NCBI GenBank assembly: GCA_043822705.1 | Contig: JBDRBK010000060.1 | Location: forward strand, 26,529 to 90,528 | Reading direction: 5' to 3' | DNA from: Fidelibacterota bacterium | GTDB taxonomy: Bacteria > Fidelibacterota > Marinisomatia > Marinisomatales > TCS56 | Length of the DNA: 64,000 bases | Shown here: positions 19,486-28,840 of the stretch, one piece after another | How the letters are laid out: each line of letters opens with the position of its first letter | How positions within the stretch are numbered: position 1 is the first letter of the stretch | Made by a program: the position numbers and the translations under genes | The notes under the pieces: generated by a model | The model's database searches: none | What the model was told of the DNA's origin: nothing | What the model saw: only the letters and a program-made list of their open reading frames with translations

Positions 19486-19514
19486 TTGCATTTCCCCATT
19501 CAATAGTATATATT
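19486..19514 (+). promoter_or_regulatory. Sigma70-type promoter of the pnt operon
   Basis: TTGCAT-N17-TATATT. Confidence 0.55.
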
Positions 19515-19633
19515 AACCCCACTGCACGGGGGACGGTAAATGAGAATTATTCGCAAATAGTTTGGAACCGTTGTAACCATGTCCGGTATAAGCCATCAAA
19601 CAAACAGCAGCTTAAACCAAGGAGCATAAATTT

Positions 19634-20800
19634 ATGTTAACTATCGCAGTCCTGAAGGATACGGCTCCCGGGGAACGTCGTATCGCCCTGGTACCCGAAA
19701 GTGTCAAGCGGCTGACCAAACTGGGTGCTCGCATCCTGATCCAGGCTGGCGCCGGGGCCGAAGCCGGCTTCACAAGGGAAGAATTTGAGTCCTCCGGCGC
19801 CACCTTTGTCACTGATTACGACCAGTTGTTGAAGGAAGGGAAGGTTTTCCTGAAAGCCCAACTGGTCTGCCTCACCAGCGCCGAAACGCTGAAAATGATC
19901 GATCCCCTCCCCAAAGATTCGGTAATTATCGGGTTCATGAATCCCTTTAAATACATCCACAATGTGGAAAAGCTGGCGAACAAGGGAGTCACCAGTTTTG
20001 CTATGGAACTGGTACCGCGAATCAGCCGGGCCCAGCGCATGGACGCTCTCAGCGCCATGAGTTCCGCCGCCGGCTACAAGGCCGTGGTCATGGCCGCCGC
20101 CTCGCTGAACAAATTTTTCCCCTTGATGATGACCGCCGCCGGAACGATTTCGCCCGCCAAGGTGCTGGTGATCGGCGCCGGGGTGGCTGGTTTGCAGGCC
20201 ATCGCCACCGCCAAACGCCTGGGCGCCAAGGTCTTCGCCTTCGATACCCGCCCGGTGGTAAAGGAACAGGTCGAAAGCCTGGGTGCCAGCTTCGTATCGC
20301 TGGAAACCACCGCCGAAGCGGAAACCGCCGGCGGTTACGCCGCCGAACTGTCCGAGGATTTTTATCGCCACGAGCAGGCGATCATTGCCGCCCATCTGAA
20401 AGATAGCGATGTAGTGATCTCCACGGCCCAGATTTTTGGTAAGCGGGCGCCGCTGCTGATTACCGAGGAGATGGTCAAATCGATGCGCTCCGGCACGGTG
20501 ATCGTTGATCTGGCGGCCGAAGCCGGCGGTAACTGTGAACTGACCGTGGCCGGTAAAACGGTGCAGCGTTATGGTGTCAGCATCCACGGCGAAACCGACC
20601 TGCCGGGATCGCTGTCCTACCACGCCAGCGAAATGTACAGCCGCAACGTCACCGCCCTGCTACAGGAAATGATCAAGGACGGCGAGCTGGTGATCGATCC
20701 GGAAGACGATGTCATCGGCGGAACGCTGCTGACGCATGCCGGCAAAATTATGAACAAGCACGTCCAGGACCTGCTGGACCGGGAAAAGGAGGAGAAATGA
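19634..20800 (+). CDS. pntA: NAD(P) transhydrogenase alpha subunit part 1 (domain I)
   Basis: ERRIALVP, PRISRAQRMDALS, GAGVAGLQA and DLAAEAGGNC motifs. Confidence 0.95.
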   Translation: MLTIAVLKDTAPGERRIALVPESVKRLTKLGARILIQAGAGAEAGFTREEFESSGATFVTDYDQLLKEGKVFLKAQLVCLTSAETLKMIDPLPKDSVIIGFMNPFKYIHNVEKLANKGVTSFAMELVPRISRAQRMDALSAMSSAAGYKAVVMAAASLNKFFPLMMTAAGTISPAKVLVIGAGVAGLQAIATAKRLGAKVFAFDTRPVVKEQVESLGASFVSLETTAEAETAGGYAAELSEDFYRHEQAIIAAHLKDSDVVISTAQIFGKRAPLLITEEMVKSMRSGTVIVDLAAEAGGNCELTVAGKTVQRYGVSIHGETDLPGSLSYHASEMYSRNVTALLQEMIKDGELVIDPEDDVIGGTLLTHAGKIMNKHVQDLLDREKEEK

Positions 20801-21105
20801 GCTCGGACCTGTTAATCCAGATTTATGTTTTCGTGCTGGCGGTGTTCGTCGGTTTTGAAGTCATCACCAAGGTGCCGCCGACGCTGCACACGCCGCTGAT
20901 GTCCGGTTCCAATGCCATTTCCGGGATAACGATCGTGGGCGCTTTAATCGCCGCCGGCTTCACCGACCTGCACGTGCAGACGTTTATGGGCGACCTGAAT
21001 ATCAGCGCCGTCCTGGGTTTCATTGCGATCGTGTTCGCCACGATCAACGTGGTGGGCGGTTTCTTGGTGACCAACCGCATGCTGAAGATGTTCAAGGGTA
21101 AGTGA
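20797..21105 (+). CDS. pntA: NAD(P) transhydrogenase alpha subunit part 2 (membrane)
   Basis: VPPTLHTPLMSGSNAISG and NVVGGFLVTNRML motifs. Confidence 0.95.
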   Translation: MSSDLLIQIYVFVLAVFVGFEVITKVPPTLHTPLMSGSNAISGITIVGALIAAGFTDLHVQTFMGDLNISAVLGFIAIVFATINVVGGFLVTNRMLKMFKGK

Positions 21106-21112
21106 GGCCGCC

Positions 21113-22510
21113 ATGAATATGTTACAAGACGTCCTGATCCCCATCGCTTACCTGCTGTCGGCGGTCCTGTTTATCATGGGACTCAAGCAGCTTTCCCATC
21201 CCAAGACCGCGCCCGCCGGTAATCGCACCGCCGCCATAGGCATGCTGATCGCGATCGTGGCAACGCTGGTTTACCGCGACGTGATCGATTACACCCTGAT
21301 CATCGCCGGTATCGTGCTTGGCTCAGCTACTGGCGCTTATGCCGCCAAGAAAGTCGAAATGACCGCGATGCCCCAGATGGTGGCGATTTTCAACGGCTTC
21401 GGTGGCGGCGCATCGGTGCTGGTGGCCGCGGCGGAATTTTACCGTCAGGTTTCCGGTGCCGGCGATTTATCCGGATTTACAATGACTACCATCGGGTTGA
21501 GTATTATCATCGGTGGGATCACCTTTACCGGCAGCATCGTGGCCTTTGCCAAACTCCAGGGCATCATGCGCGGGGCGCCGATCCTGTTCAAAGGCCAGCA
21601 GGTGGTCAATAGTCTGCTGCTGCTGGCGACCCTGGTGCTGGCCGTGCTGGCGGTCCTGGCTGCCGCCACCGCCGGGAATTACATTCTTGGAATCATTGTG
21701 GTAGCGCTGATTCTCGGTTACATGTTCGTGATTCCCATCGGCGGGGCCGACATGCCGGTGGTGATTTCGCTGCTGAATTCTTTCTCCGGTATCGCCGCTG
21801 CCGCCACCGGATTTGTCCTCTCCAACAACGCCCTGATCATCAGTGGTTCGCTGGTGGGCGCCAGCGGGATCATCCTAACCAATATCATGTGCAAGGGAAT
21901 GAACCGCACGATCTGGAACGTTTTGTTCGCCGGTTTCGGCGGCGAGGATTTCGCCCCCGGCGCCGGTGCCGTGGTCACGACCAAGCCGGTGAAATCCTAT
22001 GAACCGGAAGACACGGTAGTTATCTTCGAGAACGCCCGCCAGGTGATCATCGTCCCGGGGTACGGCATGGCCGTAGCCCAGGCTCAGCATGCGGTCCACG
22101 AACTGGAAAAAGTGCTCGAAAAGAAGGGCGTCAAGGTCAAGTATGCGATTCACCCGGTGGCCGGGCGCATGCCGGGCCACATGAACGTGCTGCTGGCCGA
22201 GGCCAACGTATCGTACGACAACCTGTACGATCTGGACCAGATCAATCCCGAATTCGAACAGACCGAGGTAGCGCTGGTGATCGGTGCCAACGACGTAGTT
22301 AATCCTGCCGCCCGTCACGATAAATCCAGTCCGATCTACGGCATGCCGATCCTGGATGTGGACCGGGCCCAGACGGTGTTTGTGCTCAAGCGCAGCATGA
22401 ATCCGGGCTTCGCCGGTATCGAAAACGAATTGTTCTACAACGATAACACGATCATGCTGTTCGGCGACGCCAAGGATACGGTATCCAAGCTGGTGGCCGA
22501 ATTAAAATAG
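21113..22510 (+). CDS. pntB: NAD(P) transhydrogenase beta subunit
   Basis: PIGGADMPVVIS, HPVAGRMPGHMNVLLAEA and GANDVVNP motifs. Confidence 0.96.
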   Translation: MNMLQDVLIPIAYLLSAVLFIMGLKQLSHPKTAPAGNRTAAIGMLIAIVATLVYRDVIDYTLIIAGIVLGSATGAYAAKKVEMTAMPQMVAIFNGFGGGASVLVAAAEFYRQVSGAGDLSGFTMTTIGLSIIIGGITFTGSIVAFAKLQGIMRGAPILFKGQQVVNSLLLLATLVLAVLAVLAAATAGNYILGIIVVALILGYMFVIPIGGADMPVVISLLNSFSGIAAAATGFVLSNNALIISGSLVGASGIILTNIMCKGMNRTIWNVLFAGFGGEDFAPGAGAVVTTKPVKSYEPEDTVVIFENARQVIIVPGYGMAVAQAQHAVHELEKVLEKKGVKVKYAIHPVAGRMPGHMNVLLAEANVSYDNLYDLDQINPEFEQTEVALVIGANDVVNPAARHDKSSPIYGMPILDVDRAQTVFVLKRSMNPGFAGIENELFYNDNTIMLFGDAKDTVSKLVAELK

Positions 22511-22534
22511 GAAAATCAATCAATATCTGGCGGA

Positions 22535-22566
22535 AAATAAGGGGGTTGGATTCAATCCCCTTATTT
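22535..22566 (+). terminator. Intrinsic terminator hairpin
   Basis: AAATAAGGGGGTTG ... CAATCCCCTTATTT. Confidence 0.75.
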
Positions 22567-22640
22567 AGTTTCTTGCCTTGGGTAGGATATTTATTGTAGT
22601 ATTCCCAGGGAAATAACCAGCCAGTAAATAAAGTAAGGTA

Positions 22641-23588
22641 ATGAACGAATTATACCCGCCGATCGAACCGTATAACGAATTTTTCCTGGAAGTATCCGAT
22701 CTTCACACTATCCGGGTGGAACAGGCCGGCAATCCCGCCGGCAAAACGGTGGTTTTCATCCATGGTGGACCGGGCGGCGGCATCGAACCGGTCTATCGTC
22801 AGTTCTTCAATCCCGAGAAGTGGCGGATCATTCTGTTCGATCAGCGCGGCTGCGGTAAAAGCACACCGTTTGCCGAGCTGCGGGAAAACACCACCTGGGA
22901 TTTGGTGGAGGATATGGAGAAAATCCGGCGCCACCTGAAAATCAACCGTTGGGCGGTTTTCGGCGGTAGTTGGGGCAGCACCCTGGCCCTGGCCTACAGC
23001 CAGACCCATCCGGACCGCACGGTGGCTTTGATCCTGCGTGGTATCTTCCTGCTGCGCCGGCAGGAACTGGACTGGTTCTACCAGGATGGCGCCAGTCACG
23101 TTTACGCCGATGCCTGGGAACAGTACCTGAAGCCGATCCCGGTGGAAGAGCGCGGCGATCTGCTGGCGGCCTATTACCGGCGCCTGACCAGTTCCGACCA
23201 TGAAACCCGCCTGGAAGCCGCCCGCGCCTGGAGCGTCTGGGAAGGCAGCACCAGCAAGCTGTATCCCAACCCGGAGGCGATCCAACGTTTCGGCGCCAAC
23301 CAGTTCGCCGAGGCGTTCGCACGGATCGAATGCCATTATTTCACCAACGGCGGATTCCTGCGCAGTGAGGACCAGTTACTGGAGGATATCGGTCTGATCC
23401 GGCATATTCCGGCGGTGATTGTCCAGGGGCGCTACGATGTGGTTTGTCCGATGACGACCGCCTGGGATCTGCACAAAGTCTGGCCGGAGGCCGATTTCCA
23501 CATCATTCCCGATGCCGGGCACTCGATGACCGAGCCGGGCATCCGGTCGAAATTGATCGAGTATACCGACAAGTTTGCCGATTTATAA
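22641..23588 (+). CDS. pip: Prolyl aminopeptidase (proline iminopeptidase, S33)
   Basis: HGGPGGG, DQRGCGKS, GGSWGSTL, GRYD and AGHS motifs. Confidence 0.95.
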   Translation: MNELYPPIEPYNEFFLEVSDLHTIRVEQAGNPAGKTVVFIHGGPGGGIEPVYRQFFNPEKWRIILFDQRGCGKSTPFAELRENTTWDLVEDMEKIRRHLKINRWAVFGGSWGSTLALAYSQTHPDRTVALILRGIFLLRRQELDWFYQDGASHVYADAWEQYLKPIPVEERGDLLAAYYRRLTSSDHETRLEAARAWSVWEGSTSKLYPNPEAIQRFGANQFAEAFARIECHYFTNGGFLRSEDQLLEDIGLIRHIPAVIVQGRYDVVCPMTTAWDLHKVWPEADFHIIPDAGHSMTEPGIRSKLIEYTDKFADL

Positions 23589-23594
23589 TTGAAT

Positions 23595-23629
23595 TGTCGT
23601 TGTCAGCCCGTCCGGGATCGACAACGACA
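23595..23629. terminator. Hairpin between convergent genes
   Basis: TGTCGTTGTC ... GACAACGACA, a perfect 10-bp stem. Confidence 0.55.
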
Positions 23630-23644
23630 CGGATTCAGGGCTGG

Positions 23645-24877
23645 TTAAAATTTTAGATATATCGAAAAGATATAGGGTTGGAAGTGTATTCCAAAGCGCA
23701 ACCAGTCTGAGATTGAGTAGATAAATCCCAAGTCATAATGGACCGGGTTGATCCATGATTTTTTCGGTTTTTCGGTCGCTAGTTCCTGTTCAAAATCCAA
23801 CAGGAAGTCGCCTCGATTCCACCATTCCACATACCAGGGATCATAGAAAATCTCATAATTCATAATCAGGTTTTTCCGGATATCAATACCACCGCCATAA
23901 TAGACGCGGTACATGATATCGTCGGTGCCATCGTATTTGCTAACAATGGTACCTATTGTGTGGTTGATCCGCCCGGACATATTTGAACGGGCCTTTGAAA
24001 ATGAATAGGCGAGAAAGGTCTCATAATAACCCCGATAATCGGGATCGACAATATCAACCCAAGCGTCGACTTCGTTGTATTCTGTGTTAAACCGTTTATA
24101 ACCTTCGGTAAAATTAAGGGCGCTGCCAATTTGGACATATTCGCCATAATACACGGTCGTGTCACGGTCGGATGACACCCATTCGCCGTTTACTCCGCTA
24201 TACGATCCCACATCGACCAGATAGCTGTTTTCCAGCCATTCAAATTTGTCGGGTACATAACGGCTGTGATAATGAGCACCAATCGCCAGAGTGTGTTCTT
24301 TTTCCCAATTCCCAAGTTTAAACAACTGTAGTTTGGGCCGTAGATTGAAGTCACCTGAGAAATAACCAGACCATTTGGAAGTAACCTGGAATTTGTCGGT
24401 CACACCAAACCCCCAGCTTAAACCGCTGACGTATAAAACACCGCGATCCAGTGTATATCCGGTGGGATCGTAAAAAATGTCGATTTGCTGTTCCTGGCCA
24501 GTGGTAAATTTCTCCAATAGTGGCCGCACTGCTCCGGTCGACTGGCGCAGGCCGTACTCAATACTTTCGATCATGCCCTTGGCAATCGTCAGCCGGCCCA
24601 TTCCCGAATTGAGAATGATGACGTCGGCGTTTTCCGATTCGATCGTGCCCTTGAGCTGGTCGCCGAATTTCAGGGTGACGATAACGAACTCCTCATTCAG
24701 GTTGGCGCGTTCGATGGTCACTTCGCCATAAGCGGTCTTAATGGTGATCCGATTGTCGTCCTCGGCCACGATTGTACCGGTGATTTTTTCCCCGCTCTTG
24801 AGATGGTAGGTCCGCTGTTCCTGGGCCAGTCCGGCAGCCAGGAGGACTGTCAGCAGGATCGTTATTGACTTGTGCAT
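23645..24877 (-). CDS. Exported hypothetical protein with two N-terminal LK.G..I.G.I repeats and a probable beta-barrel C-terminus
   Basis: Signal peptide, tandem small beta-domain repeats, aromatic-rich body and C-terminal F. Confidence 0.7.
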   Translation of the reverse strand: MHKSITILLTVLLAAGLAQEQRTYHLKSGEKITGTIVAEDDNRITIKTAYGEVTIERANLNEEFVIVTLKFGDQLKGTIESENADVIILNSGMGRLTIAKGMIESIEYGLRQSTGAVRPLLEKFTTGQEQQIDIFYDPTGYTLDRGVLYVSGLSWGFGVTDKFQVTSKWSGYFSGDFNLRPKLQLFKLGNWEKEHTLAIGAHYHSRYVPDKFEWLENSYLVDVGSYSGVNGEWVSSDRDTTVYYGEYVQIGSALNFTEGYKRFNTEYNEVDAWVDIVDPDYRGYYETFLAYSFSKARSNMSGRINHTIGTIVSKYDGTDDIMYRVYYGGGIDIRKNLIMNYEIFYDPWYVEWWNRGDFLLDFEQELATEKPKKSWINPVHYDLGFIYSISDWLRFGIHFQPYIFSIYLKF

Positions 24878-24896
24878 GTTGCCTAACCTCCGTTGA

Positions 24897-25736
24897 TTAG
24901 TGGGTAACCAAAACCGTCACCGAACCGTCTTCGACGATTTTCCGGGCGGTGGAGCCGTAAAATAACCGGGAAATGCCTTTCTGACCGTAGGCGCCCAGCA
25001 CTACGGCGCTGGGTATCCGCCGCTTTGCTTCTTCCAGAATCACTTCGTGGGGTTTGCCTTCGCGGATGATTGAAGTCGCCGTGAGGCCGTGGGCCTGCAG
25101 GTAATGGTGGGCGCCTTCGTGCAACGGCAGCATTTCTTCCCGGGTACCGGCCGACACCAGGAAGAAATTAATATCGGTGAAAATATCGCGGTCCTCGTAC
25201 AGATCGACGAATTCGCGCAAACCGCGGGCGGCGGCACGGGAGCCATCCAGGGCGACGATAACGTTTTTCGGGAATTCGGCCTGCTCCGGAACCGCCACTA
25301 CCGGGCAACTGGCGTATTTCAACAGCCGCATTACCGTTTCACCCGGTTTGGAATTGGTCTCGAAATGGAAAAAAGTCTTGACGCCGACGTAGATCAAATC
25401 GGCGAAATTTGCTTCCTTGATAATTTCTTCGAATGGCACGCCTTCGTGGGAGCGGATTTCATAATTAACACCGGATTTTTCACAGAAGGCCTTGAAATCG
25501 GCGATGAAACCGGCCATTTTCGTGCAGGCATCCTTGATTTTGGTCTCCTCTGCCCGGTGGGCGTAGTAACTGGCCCCCGCCGGTGCGCCGGCTTCCTGCC
25601 GGGTGATTCCCGGAATATCGACCACGCCGACACCGCAAATCAGGGCGCCGGTTTTTTTCGCCCGCGTACAGGCCAGGTTGAGGGCGGTTTTTGCATAATT
25701 GGAACCATCGATCGCTACAACAATTCTTTTAACCAT
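24897..25736 (-). CDS. Universal stress protein (tandem USP)
   Basis: RIVVAIDGS, VIVALDGS and VLGAYG...GSTA motifs. Confidence 0.9.
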   Translation of the reverse strand: MVKRIVVAIDGSNYAKTALNLACTRAKKTGALICGVGVVDIPGITRQEAGAPAGASYYAHRAEETKIKDACTKMAGFIADFKAFCEKSGVNYEIRSHEGVPFEEIIKEANFADLIYVGVKTFFHFETNSKPGETVMRLLKYASCPVVAVPEQAEFPKNVIVALDGSRAAARGLREFVDLYEDRDIFTDINFFLVSAGTREEMLPLHEGAHHYLQAHGLTATSIIREGKPHEVILEEAKRRIPSAVVLGAYGQKGISRLFYGSTARKIVEDGSVTVLVTH

Positions 25737-25877
25737 TCCAACTCCCATTTCGGTTGTAATTCATAATTTTGACTGTCCCAGTTTACAGACATTCGGGAAT
25801 ATGTTCATTAAAAACGTGTTTTGTCATCAGTAAGGTACCGGTTATGAGCTTAAATTTCAATCCGGGTAAATATAAAT

Positions 25878-26114
25878 ATGATCAAGATATATACTATTGC
25901 CAATTGTCCTTCCTGCAACGCTGCCAAACGATTCCTGCGGGAACGTAACCAGGAATACGTGGAAATTGACATCACCACCGCCGGCATCAGCCGTTCCGAT
26001 CTGGAACAACTGACCGGCGGTCGCACGGTGCCCCAGATCGTGATCGACGATAATCCCATCGGTGGTTATGATAATCTACTGGCCCTGGACCAGGCCGGAA
26101 AACTGCCATTCTGA
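25878..26114 (+). CDS. Glutaredoxin (GrxC-like)
   Basis: CPSC, TVPQI and IGGYD motifs. Confidence 0.9.
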   Translation: MIKIYTIANCPSCNAAKRFLRERNQEYVEIDITTAGISRSDLEQLTGGRTVPQIVIDDNPIGGYDNLLALDQAGKLPF

Positions 26115-26123
26115 GGCGGCCCG

Positions 26124-27848
26124 TCAGCGGATCAGGGTGATCTTCTCGCGGTAGGTCAACCGGTCGCCACTGACCAAAATAAAATATATTCCCGAAGGCG
26201 CCCGGCGCCCGTCGGACAGGTAGCCGTCCCAGACGAATTGATGCATACCGAACTGGACATGACCGTGCTGTAACTCTTCGACCAACTGTCCCGACAGGTT
26301 GAATATCCGGATTTGGATCGGCTGGGGAATACGGGCGATCAGATCAAAAGTAACTTTGCCACTTGACGGGAAAAAGGGGTTGGGGCCCGGTCGGCTGACC
26401 GAATAATCGTTGGGAATTTCCACCGGGCCGCTGAAACCGTTCTGGAAGGTCAGATTGAAGTCCCAGTCGCGGTCTAACGTGTCCTGGCTGACGATCGCCA
26501 GATTAATCTGTTCCCAGTCGTTTTGAATATTCAACATCGACCCGGATTCAACCACGACCGTGCCGTCGCTGGCCTGGAGAATAGCGATCAGGTTCAAATC
26601 CGTTTCAGGACCGTCCAGATTGGTGAGCGTCACCAGCACCGGCACCAGCGTGTTTATTTTATAGTACTGGCTGGCGTAGCGGTTCAACTTGGTATTATCG
26701 ATCGAATGCCAGTCGTCCGGGGCGAAATTGACGGTCGCTTCAATCCGTGGCCCGCTGACCGGGTAGCCGGCGGCTTCGACATATGAATATTCACCGGCCG
26801 CCGGTGACGCCGACATTACCAGGTTGGCCACTACCATTCTATTCAGTGCATCCTGAAAATCGGACCCTTCCGGCTCCAGGGCCTCGGTGATCTCCTGGCG
26901 GCTGTAATCGCCGTAATAACTGTCGTACTCAATACTGCGCTCAAAAATCCGGTGGATGGTAGCATAGCCGCCCAGATGTTCCTGGATATACTGGAAATAG
27001 ATAAACGAACCATATTTGTGAGTCGAATTGATAGAATAAAAATCCAGGGCCACATCCGGCGCGTTGAACCAGCCGCGCATGTACTGATAGCAGTCGTTGA
27101 TATCATCGTAAACTGCTTCTTCCATTAGTACCGCCGTGGCTTCGAGCAGCCAGGATTCCTGATCGGCATCCCAGGCGTCAATGCCGTATTGCACGGCATG
27201 GAAATATTCATGGGCGGCGGTTACCCGGATATTTTCCAGCGGTGTGTTGGGAAACCCGCCCCATTCGTTGCGGATGGTAATATAGGTAGACCAGGCGTTC
27301 ACTTCTTCGACCGGCGAATTTTCATTGTCACCGATCTCCGTTTCCGGAATCGTGTAGGCATAAACGCCGGCTTCCTGCCTGGCGATGTAAATATCATATT
27401 TATTCGATCCGCCCTCATTCTGGTCGGATGGCGGCCGGGTGAAATTCAGCTCTTCCATAATGACGGTGTCGGTGTGGGCGAAGGCCTGGGCCACGATTTC
27501 CACATAATCAGGCACACCGCTGACGCCGCTGATATCATCCGGCGGCACCGGGCCGGTCCCGTCCAAATCGTAATGAATCCTAAAATTCTGATAGTCATAG
27601 TAGTAGGGCAGCACAGGCCGCATGTAGGCCACGTAACTGCGGGAAAAGTCGAATCCGAGCGCTGCCAATTGGATTTTAACATCATCGGGCAGCTCGTGGC
27701 CGAAATTGGCGATGTACAACAGGCCGGCGGCCAGGTGGTCCGGCGCCGCGTCACCCTGTAAAATAGCGATTACCTCTTGGGCGGCGCTGACTGCGGTGGC
27801 GGTGGACGGCCGGGCCGACAGGGTCAGCGGTACAACCAGCAGCAGCAA
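26124..27848 (-). CDS. Secreted zinc metalloprotease-like protein (HEYFH) with FlgD-Ig/T9SS-like C-terminal domain
   Basis: TAAHEYFHAVQ and WLLEATA motifs. C-terminal PNPF...IFNLSGQLV...WDG...SGIYF. The start may be further upstream, at the ATC at 27866. Confidence 0.8.
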   Translation of the reverse strand: MLLLVVPLTLSARPSTATAVSAAQEVIAILQGDAAPDHLAAGLLYIANFGHELPDDVKIQLAALGFDFSRSYVAYMRPVLPYYYDYQNFRIHYDLDGTGPVPPDDISGVSGVPDYVEIVAQAFAHTDTVIMEELNFTRPPSDQNEGGSNKYDIYIARQEAGVYAYTIPETEIGDNENSPVEEVNAWSTYITIRNEWGGFPNTPLENIRVTAAHEYFHAVQYGIDAWDADQESWLLEATAVLMEEAVYDDINDCYQYMRGWFNAPDVALDFYSINSTHKYGSFIYFQYIQEHLGGYATIHRIFERSIEYDSYYGDYSRQEITEALEPEGSDFQDALNRMVVANLVMSASPAAGEYSYVEAAGYPVSGPRIEATVNFAPDDWHSIDNTKLNRYASQYYKINTLVPVLVTLTNLDGPETDLNLIAILQASDGTVVVESGSMLNIQNDWEQINLAIVSQDTLDRDWDFNLTFQNGFSGPVEIPNDYSVSRPGPNPFFPSSGKVTFDLIARIPQPIQIRIFNLSGQLVEELQHGHVQFGMHQFVWDGYLSDGRRAPSGIYFILVSGDRLTYREKITLIR

Positions 27849-27849
27849 T

Positions 27850-28005
27850 TTAGTCAGCTTCCTGATCTGATTGCTCCTTCCGCTGTTTTAATATTTCTTC
27901 CAGATTGCGCATTCGTTTTTTACGATAAAAGAACCGGATAAACAGGGCCATGATCACCATGCCGATGACATAATACCAGGCAAAATAGGTCGCCGAATCA
28001 GTCAT
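27850..28005 (-). CDS. Small single-TM protein (51 aa), not in the ORF track
   Basis: MTDSATYFAWYYVIGMVIMALFIRFFYRKKRMRNLEEILKQRKEQSDQEAD. The ATG overlaps the upstream gene end and the ORF fills the gap in the operon. Confidence 0.65.
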   Translation of the reverse strand: MTDSATYFAWYYVIGMVIMALFIRFFYRKKRMRNLEEILKQRKEQSDQEAD

Positions 28006-28660
28006 CGATCAGCGGTTTGATATATTTGTCGAATAAATAAGTTCCGCCGATCAACCCGATCCCGGTGCCGAATTCCCAACTCAGGCCGCCGGCATTATCC
28101 TGTTGAATCACACCGGCGATGGTCAGGGACGCTCCCGTCAGGTACAGGGCGGTGCGAATTTTGGCATACATCCCGCCGTCGGTTGGGGCAGCCGCGGCCG
28201 CCTGCCCGGTCAGTGCTTCCGGTGCTGATTGCGCCTTTTCCTGCTGCAGGGCGACCAGGACATCGGTGATCGGGAAGCGTAGCGATACCAGCAGTTCCGG
28301 GGGCTTTTCCGACTGGTACAGGTCGAACGATTCGACTTTCCGGTCCAGTTCGAAGGCAAACTGGGCCGATTCGCCGACCTGGCTGAGTTCGAAATTTTTC
28401 ACCGGGCGGTTTGGTGCCGTGGTCATGATAGCAGCACTATCAAAAGTGGCATTCATGATTGTGAGATAAAAATAATTGTCCTTGCGGATCCAGCCCGAAG
28501 TGTTGCGCAGGTCGATCGGCCGGCTCAGGTCGATCCGCAGAAAAGCGCCGTTTTTTTTACCTTCGATCGTCAGGTTCCGGATCGTTGTCTGTCCGGAGAG
28601 GGAAAACACCGTAGTCAGCAGGAGCACAGGGAGAATTCGATAGTGTTTCGTAATCTGCAT
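27998..28660 (-). CDS. Exported hypothetical protein (AMIN-like N-terminal domain, C-terminal TM hairpin)
   Basis: Signal peptide, beta-rich domain and hydrophobic C-terminus. Confidence 0.6.
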   Translation of the reverse strand: MQITKHYRILPVLLLTTVFSLSGQTTIRNLTIEGKKNGAFLRIDLSRPIDLRNTSGWIRKDNYFYLTIMNATFDSAAIMTTAPNRPVKNFELSQVGESAQFAFELDRKVESFDLYQSEKPPELLVSLRFPITDVLVALQQEKAQSAPEALTGQAAAAAPTDGGMYAKIRTALYLTGASLTIAGVIQQDNAGGLSWEFGTGIGLIGGTYLFDKYIKPLIDD

Positions 28661-28840
28661 CGGGTATTTAACTTGGTCTAAACTAAGTAAGTTTCAACAA
28701 GCGAATCACGCTAAATATATGCTGGTTGGCGGGTAGTAAAGATCGGGTGAAAATTCAACCATGGTGCGCGCGTCACAAATTTTTGCGGTTGAACGGACCT
28801 TGCCGTCACGGTAACTTCCCCGTCTGAAATGGGAGAATTT

